From: Lingula anatina
Lineage: Eukaryota > Animalia > Brachiopoda
Direction: 5' to 3'
Length of the DNA stretch: 64,000 bases
Assembly: GCA_051362555.1 (NCBI GenBank)
Contig: CM120647.1
Span: 248,001 to 312,000, forward strand
Made by a program: the position numbers and the translations under genes. How positions within the stretch are numbered: the stretch's first letter is position 1; every line of letters starts with the position of its first letter. Below, piece by piece: positions 59,201 to 64,000 of the stretch. Below the pieces are notes generated by a model, which ran no database searches, was not told the DNA's origin, and was given only the letters and a program-made list of their open reading frames with translations.

Positions 59201-59899
59201 TTATCCTCAATTATTGATATGGGAAAAGTTGGTAGCTTGGAAGGATAAGCTAATACACATACACATTATGACTTTGGGAAATTTTCAAATATGTACAATG
59301 TATATTTAAACACTCACTCACTACTAAAATACACTTATAAATAATATAATTCCAATAAAAGCATAGAAAGCCTGCTGATTCTCTACACTTACTGTAAGTA
59401 GGACTGCCAGTTTACTCTGTTCAGCCGTACATCATTGGCTCTCTGCATCAAGAGACTGGTTGCCACGGCAATACCTGGAACGTAACAACCCTGTCTAATT
59501 ATGTGACCTTAATGTTATCTACCTCCCACACATTTCTCAATACAAATCAGGAATTATAACACCATCAACAACAATAGTAAAACTACCCAATTTATTCCTT
59601 CAATTTTTAACACATTCTTTTACTCAAATGAAGTCAAATTTCATGCCAGTCGCGTGTACCTCAGTTTTACAAAAATACATCAGATTGTCATTAACCATGG
59701 TTTTGTGTTCATTAATAAAAACGTTGCTGTCACCGACTGCCAACTGAACCACAGTAAAACACAGGCAGTAATCTTGACAGTGACAGTCACTGCAGCTTGA
59801 GCCGGTCCTGTCACTCTGCTTACCAGACTTTTCCAGGTCGTCAATGCTAGATATAACCGCATCCAGACGATCACCAATTTTCTCCTTCAAATTGGACAT
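48916..59899 (-). CDS. ATP6V1H: V-type proton ATPase subunit H, 14 coding exons, ~487 aa
   Basis: Exons 59899-59824, 59474-59393, 59049-58941, 58695-58606, 57917-57804, 57374-57267, 52831-52734, 52138-52031, 51855-51771, 51216-51038, 50566-50441, 50303-50202, 49424-49311 and 48988-48916 join in frame. Diagnostic peptides: [66 protein letters not shown]. Confidence 0.96.
49418..49942. repeat. AT-rich compound repeat starting at the ATP6V1H exon 13 acceptor
   Basis: ATAACACTG(G/A)AAATATAACAATATATCAC subunits with a 150-bp higher-order period. They include copies of CAG|TGTTAT on the minus strand. Confidence 0.8.
52108..52328 (-). repeat. 61-bp tandem repeat spanning the ATP6V1H exon 8 acceptor (4 acceptors)
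   Basis: CCCAG|GATTATCCAAGTTCTCCCTGGC recurs with AG at 52139, 52200, 52261 and 52322. Confidence 0.92.
52420..52587. mobile_element. MITE of the same family
   Basis: Shared core TCTTCTGGGTCTTCCGGAAGACGGTCAG; TSD CCCAA on both sides. Confidence 0.78.
53303..53474. mobile_element. MITE, CAGGCCC TIR, 5-bp TSD (related copy 4461-4630 in the opposite orientation)
   Basis: CAGGCCCATAGCCAG...CTGGCTACGGGCCTG with TSD TCAAC. Confidence 0.78.
53950..54272. repeat. 42-bp minisatellite (~7.5 copies)
   Basis: CAGTCTGTCAATCACCAGTGTAGCCCTAAGCCTGACCCCACC units. Confidence 0.92.
54945..55559. repeat. 28-bp minisatellite (~20 copies)
   Basis: GTGAGATGTGAATGTGTTAGATGTGACA units. Confidence 0.93.
57412..57745. 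repeat. Inverted, more degenerate array of the same 28-bp unit
   Basis: TGTCACATCTAACACATTCACATCTCAC units are the reverse complement of 54945-55559. Confidence 0.9.
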
Positions 59900-60368
59900 T
59901 TTGTCACTTGAACTGTTTGTTTGATATTTGTGATATTTCAGATATATTTGATCTACTACTACTACTTCGACCAACTTTCTTTCATCACATGACACTATTT
60001 TGGTAACGCGAGAATGAGCGAGAGCGACCTTGACCCAGCAAATGACCTTGCAAACTTAAAGATGCTTAAGTTGTATAAAAACTTTAACATGGTAAAATAA
60101 ATGCTTATTCATGCTTTATATTTGAAAAGAAAGAACTACTGATATATTTTATGGTTATTTCGTCGAATTAAAAGGAGTAGAAACGATTTCGTAATATGGG
60201 CAGTGCATCATGGGACGGTGTGCAAAATGGCTGCGCCCTGTAGGAGCGAATGTGTTTTAATGCTAATCGGTAAAACTAGAATATCTGAGGTTGGAGTCAT
60301 ATCCTAGCAATGTCTCGTATTTGAACTTACCATACAATTATTACAACACGTGTACCTCAACTAAGAAG
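59900..60368. promoter_or_regulatory. Probable bidirectional promoter between ATP6V1H and SLC25A32
   Basis: The start codons diverge ~470 bp apart. A YY1-like CAAAATGGCTGC lies near 60223 and TGACCTTG nuclear-receptor-type half sites near 60026-60050. Confidence 0.6.
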
Positions 60369-61584
60369 ATGACATCTGGAAAAACGCCATCGGGAAAGAC
60401 AATCCTTCACCACATCAAGTTGGAGAATTTGGTCGGCGGAATGGCTGGCGGCATAGTTTCCACGGCCGCACTACATCCGTTAGATCTGGTGAAAGTGCGA
60501 TTTCAGGGTAAATATGGTGTTACTGGGGCATTCTTACTTGTATTTCGGTACAGATTTAATCTTGATGTCGTGCATCATTGACATTCTCACCTTTAGAGAC
60601 TTCAGAAGAATATTGTCGTCAAGTCAAACGTTATATCCTGATTGCGTAATCGCATTTGATTTATATTCGCTATGACATATTCTGTGTGAAATGATCATGA
60701 AGCTTAAAATTAAACCTTAATATAACATTGATTAGGACAATAAATCAGTGGTTGACACAGATGAAGTATCCCAGTAACTTTATGTACCTGTGTTAGCGAG
60801 CGCAGACGTCCCTAGGTGGCGTTAGTTGTTCTATTTCGAGAAGCGCCATTAAAACTGTCCCCAGAGTATCAGATTTCAACCCGCTCTTACAATGCACGGC
60901 GTATCTCAACTACTGCATCGGGAACAACCCTACCTTAACACGTGATAGAGAACAGCTGTTACTTCCTTTTGGGTATTGTTTTCGCGATCTACGAGAGGTC
61001 AGAAGTGAAAATTTTTAAGGGCAAACTTTTAAACTGATTTATTTTTTGAAGTCGGCAAAGGGCGGCAAGACAAAATATATGCCATGTAGAAGAACAAGGA
61101 CTAAGGTTTCTAACCAACATTTCAGATTTTTGGGCAAATTTGGGCAAATATTTTTTTTGTAATTTATTTCAACGCCCCCCCCCCCTCGCACACGCTTGTT
61201 GACCGCAGCCAGTCGAGGTCAATTTTTACTGCGTACGCTTAACAAAAATGTTACATCGCTTGCATACATCAGTTAGAAGTGATAATAACAGAGAAAATCC
61301 TGATTGTGATGAGTTTGTTGGGAATCATGGTGAAATGCACTAAAAAGTAAAAGCCTGAGTGGACTTTGACAAGCTACTTTGACATAATTATTTAACTCTG
61401 AGCAGGTGTTTTCATCCGTTTTGCGGCGTCAATACATTGAATAATCCTGACTCTTCTTCTTGGTTGTCTGGTTTAGCAAGGAGTTGTAACTTCTTGGGTT
61501 TAGCGTCTCTGACTGATTATAAAGGTCTTAATGGGGCCTTGACAGATTTATCATTGATTAATTAATTAACTTTTTTTTTTTTTT

Positions 61585-61616
<32 letters not shown>

Positions 61617-63392
61617 ATTTACGTATGCTGTTTACACATCTTTGCCAAGGGAAAGACTTCAAATGACCTGGAAGGTGTGAATATTGTTAAGTCCCTTTTG
61701 GAAATTTCTATGTACATGTAGGTATTTGTGTGAAGAACTTTAGATTTAAGTATATGTATATAATTATATTTATATCTAGAACTTTAGGAGATGGATGTAC
61801 ATTGAAATAAAATTAAAAAAAATTTTTTGAGGAAGCCAACAAGAGACAATAGGTTATCCATTTTTTTTTTTTTTTTTTTTTTGTGATTTACTAATGTTGT
61901 TTTTATATATCTCCGTGCCAAAGACTTAAAACAGCTCAAGTTCCCTTTTAAAACTTACTGTCATTTGTATTGATATATTATATTTACTTTTTATATATGT
62001 AGACTTCTGTAGTATAGTTGAACCAACAGCTTTTTAAAACTAAAATAATCAGTTTTGTGGTGCAAGAATTCCCTATAACAGAGGTTAAATCACATTTGTG
62101 TATTCTTTACTTAAATTGGTAGACAAATTGGAAGCACAAATATTGTTACAGATAATTCTTATACTTTTTCAATATAATCTTGGATCAGAAAACTCTGTTA
62201 AGTCACATGAATTAAAAAAATTAAGTCTATCATTCATACGTGGCAAGTTAATTTTCAATGATATTTAAGCTTTAAAACATTTATGCATTACTAGTAGGTT
62301 TAAATAGTAGTATCACAGGTGCTACATGTATATAGCTTGATTTATTTTCTTTCAAGCTCACCATATATTGTTTTCTGACATGAAATATATAATTAAATTT
62401 TGGTTTATACTAATATCAAGACAACTGCTGGAGAGAGAGAATTTTATTACAAACTGCCTTATCAGCATTTATAAGCAGGGGTGATGGAAATATGCATGGG
62501 GGTAACATCCTCAGAAGTGGGGGCATTTTTATTTTTTGCAGGAAGTTTATCATTAAAGAAAATTATGTGCCATGTACATACTATACATATGTGTTCGATA
62601 CTAAGGAGTAAGAGTACATATGCAAGAATAACCTTATGATCCCCAGGGTGTGGGTTGTTCCTAAGTTTGAATGATTGTTTTTTTTTTCACAATGACAATT
62701 TGCCACTTATACTATTAATTTTGTACTAATACTCATATGTAAGACAACTCTTCTGCCAAGAGTTTTAGTCTTGTTGATTAATAAAACCTAAGAAATGTGT
62801 ATTTTCTAGCATTTACCGTCAAAAAATCCTTCATTTTGCTTAATTCACATGCACATAACTCTGCTTAGGAAAATGCTAGAACCAAAATTTAAACTTTGGG
62901 TTAATGCCCAACTTCTATACTTCATGTGTGCCAAATTTCAAATGTCTGTGACAATATTAAGGGGATGAAAAATGATGGGGGCAACTTTTGTCTCATTTTT
63001 GAAAATGGCGCCTGAAAAAAAGAACAAACATGGTGTTACTAAAACTTGAATAACTTTTGATCTAAATGAGATAGATTAAAAATTTAAATTGATTATTCAT
63101 ACTCAAATGTGTGGCTATCTGTACACCAAATTTCAAGTCTCTAGCTCACTTAGAAAAATATCATGTGTGCACCCTACCTGTGTTGCATCATCTCTTTGAA
63201 GTCTCATGATTCACACGCTATATTTTCCTCTACAGTTGATGAAGGGATAGGCATCACAAACCGACCCAAGTATACAGGATTATGGCATGCATTTAAGACA
63301 ATTTTCAAGACAAGTGGACCACTGGGCTTGTATCAGGGTGCTGTACCAAATATCACTGGTGCTGGAGCTGCTTGGGGGTTCTACTTCCTATT
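60369..63392 (+). CDS. SLC25A32: Mitochondrial folate/FAD carrier (SLC25A32-like), first two exons; continues beyond the window
   Basis: Exons 60369-60507 and 63236-63392 encode [29 protein letters not shown] (carrier signature PxDxxKxR), then RPKYTGLWHAFKTIF...GLYQGAVPNITGAGAAWGFYF. Confidence 0.88.
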
Positions 63393-63525
63393 GTAAGTAC
63401 TAGGGGTGGAGGTGCTTGGGGGTTCTACTTCCTATTGTAAGTACTGGGGGTGGGGGTGCTTGGGGGTTCTACTTCCTATTGTAAGTACTGGGGGTGGGGG
63501 TGCTTGGGAGTTCTACTTCCTATTG
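63369..63525 (+). repeat. 44-bp tandem repeat spanning the SLC25A32 exon 2 donor
   Basis: TTCTACTTCCTATT|GTAAGTACT with GT at 63393, 63437 and 63481. A fourth copy ends ...CTATTGCAG. Confidence 0.92.
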
Positions 63526-64000
63526 CAGCGATTGCGAAAGCTGTCTGACCACGGCCATATGCCGGCAAAAATTCTGTGGGCTGGAAAACCCTTATAACTC
63601 ATCGGCCCACATGACCGACGGACTAAAGTTGATTTCTTTTACAGACACCGACTCATATCTAAATTTATCGTAAAGCTCTGAGTACGCACTAGGCGCAAGT
63701 AAAATTTTAACCTGCGCCATACTGGAGCGTACAAATACATGTAGCAAACACTATTTTTTGTAATAAAGATCTTCATACATTATGATGTCGCTCGAAGTGC
63801 GCATAGAGATGCTGTGAGGGCTGACATGTGACCCGTTTCACAAAAAAATTATCGAAACTGAAACAACTACAGGTCAATGAAAAACGTACTGCTCAAGACA
63901 CTGAAAACAGGCCGCTCAAACTGCTTACGACAGGCCGCGCACGGACCTCCAGTGATTGCGAAAGAGATTGAACACTTACCAGACATGTGGGCTGGAGCAA

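Noticed and set aside
3907-59899. Otopetrin plus V-ATPase H as a functional proton-transport cluster
   Set aside because: They are 30 kb apart with unrelated genes between; nothing in the sequence indicates co-regulation.
60770-63200. Possible transposon remnants in SLC25A32 intron 1
   Set aside because: The composition suggests repeats, but I could not define termini, TSDs or coding remnants.

Overview
AT-rich, intron-rich animal genomic DNA. An invertebrate, plausibly a mollusc, is suggested by the repeat types; this is inference only. Five genes were reconstructed by hand from splice sites and reading frames. (1) A 7-exon otopetrin proton-channel gene (+, 3907-18153). (2) An uncharacterised, probably secreted, glycoside-hydrolase-like TIM-barrel gene (-, 24401-18611) with two near-identical alternative first coding exons. 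(3) An 11-exon clan-2 cytochrome P450 (-, 44127-33406) with an in-frame TAG and an in-exon repeat expansion, so a probable pseudogene or null allele. (4) V-ATPase subunit H (-, 59899-48916). (5) Head-to-head with it, the start of a SLC25A32-like mitochondrial carrier (+, 60369 onward). A near-identical 7.2-kb tandem duplication (20105-27332 / 27330-34480) places the 5' half of the GH-like gene next to the last three P450 exons. The window is rich in MITEs, Helentron/DINE-like elements, a LINE fragment and minisatellites. The most striking pattern is tandem repeats whose unit straddles a splice site. They recur in unrelated genes and produce arrays of decoy donors or acceptors, including 102 copies of one otopetrin 5' splice site in a 7.6-kb intron.
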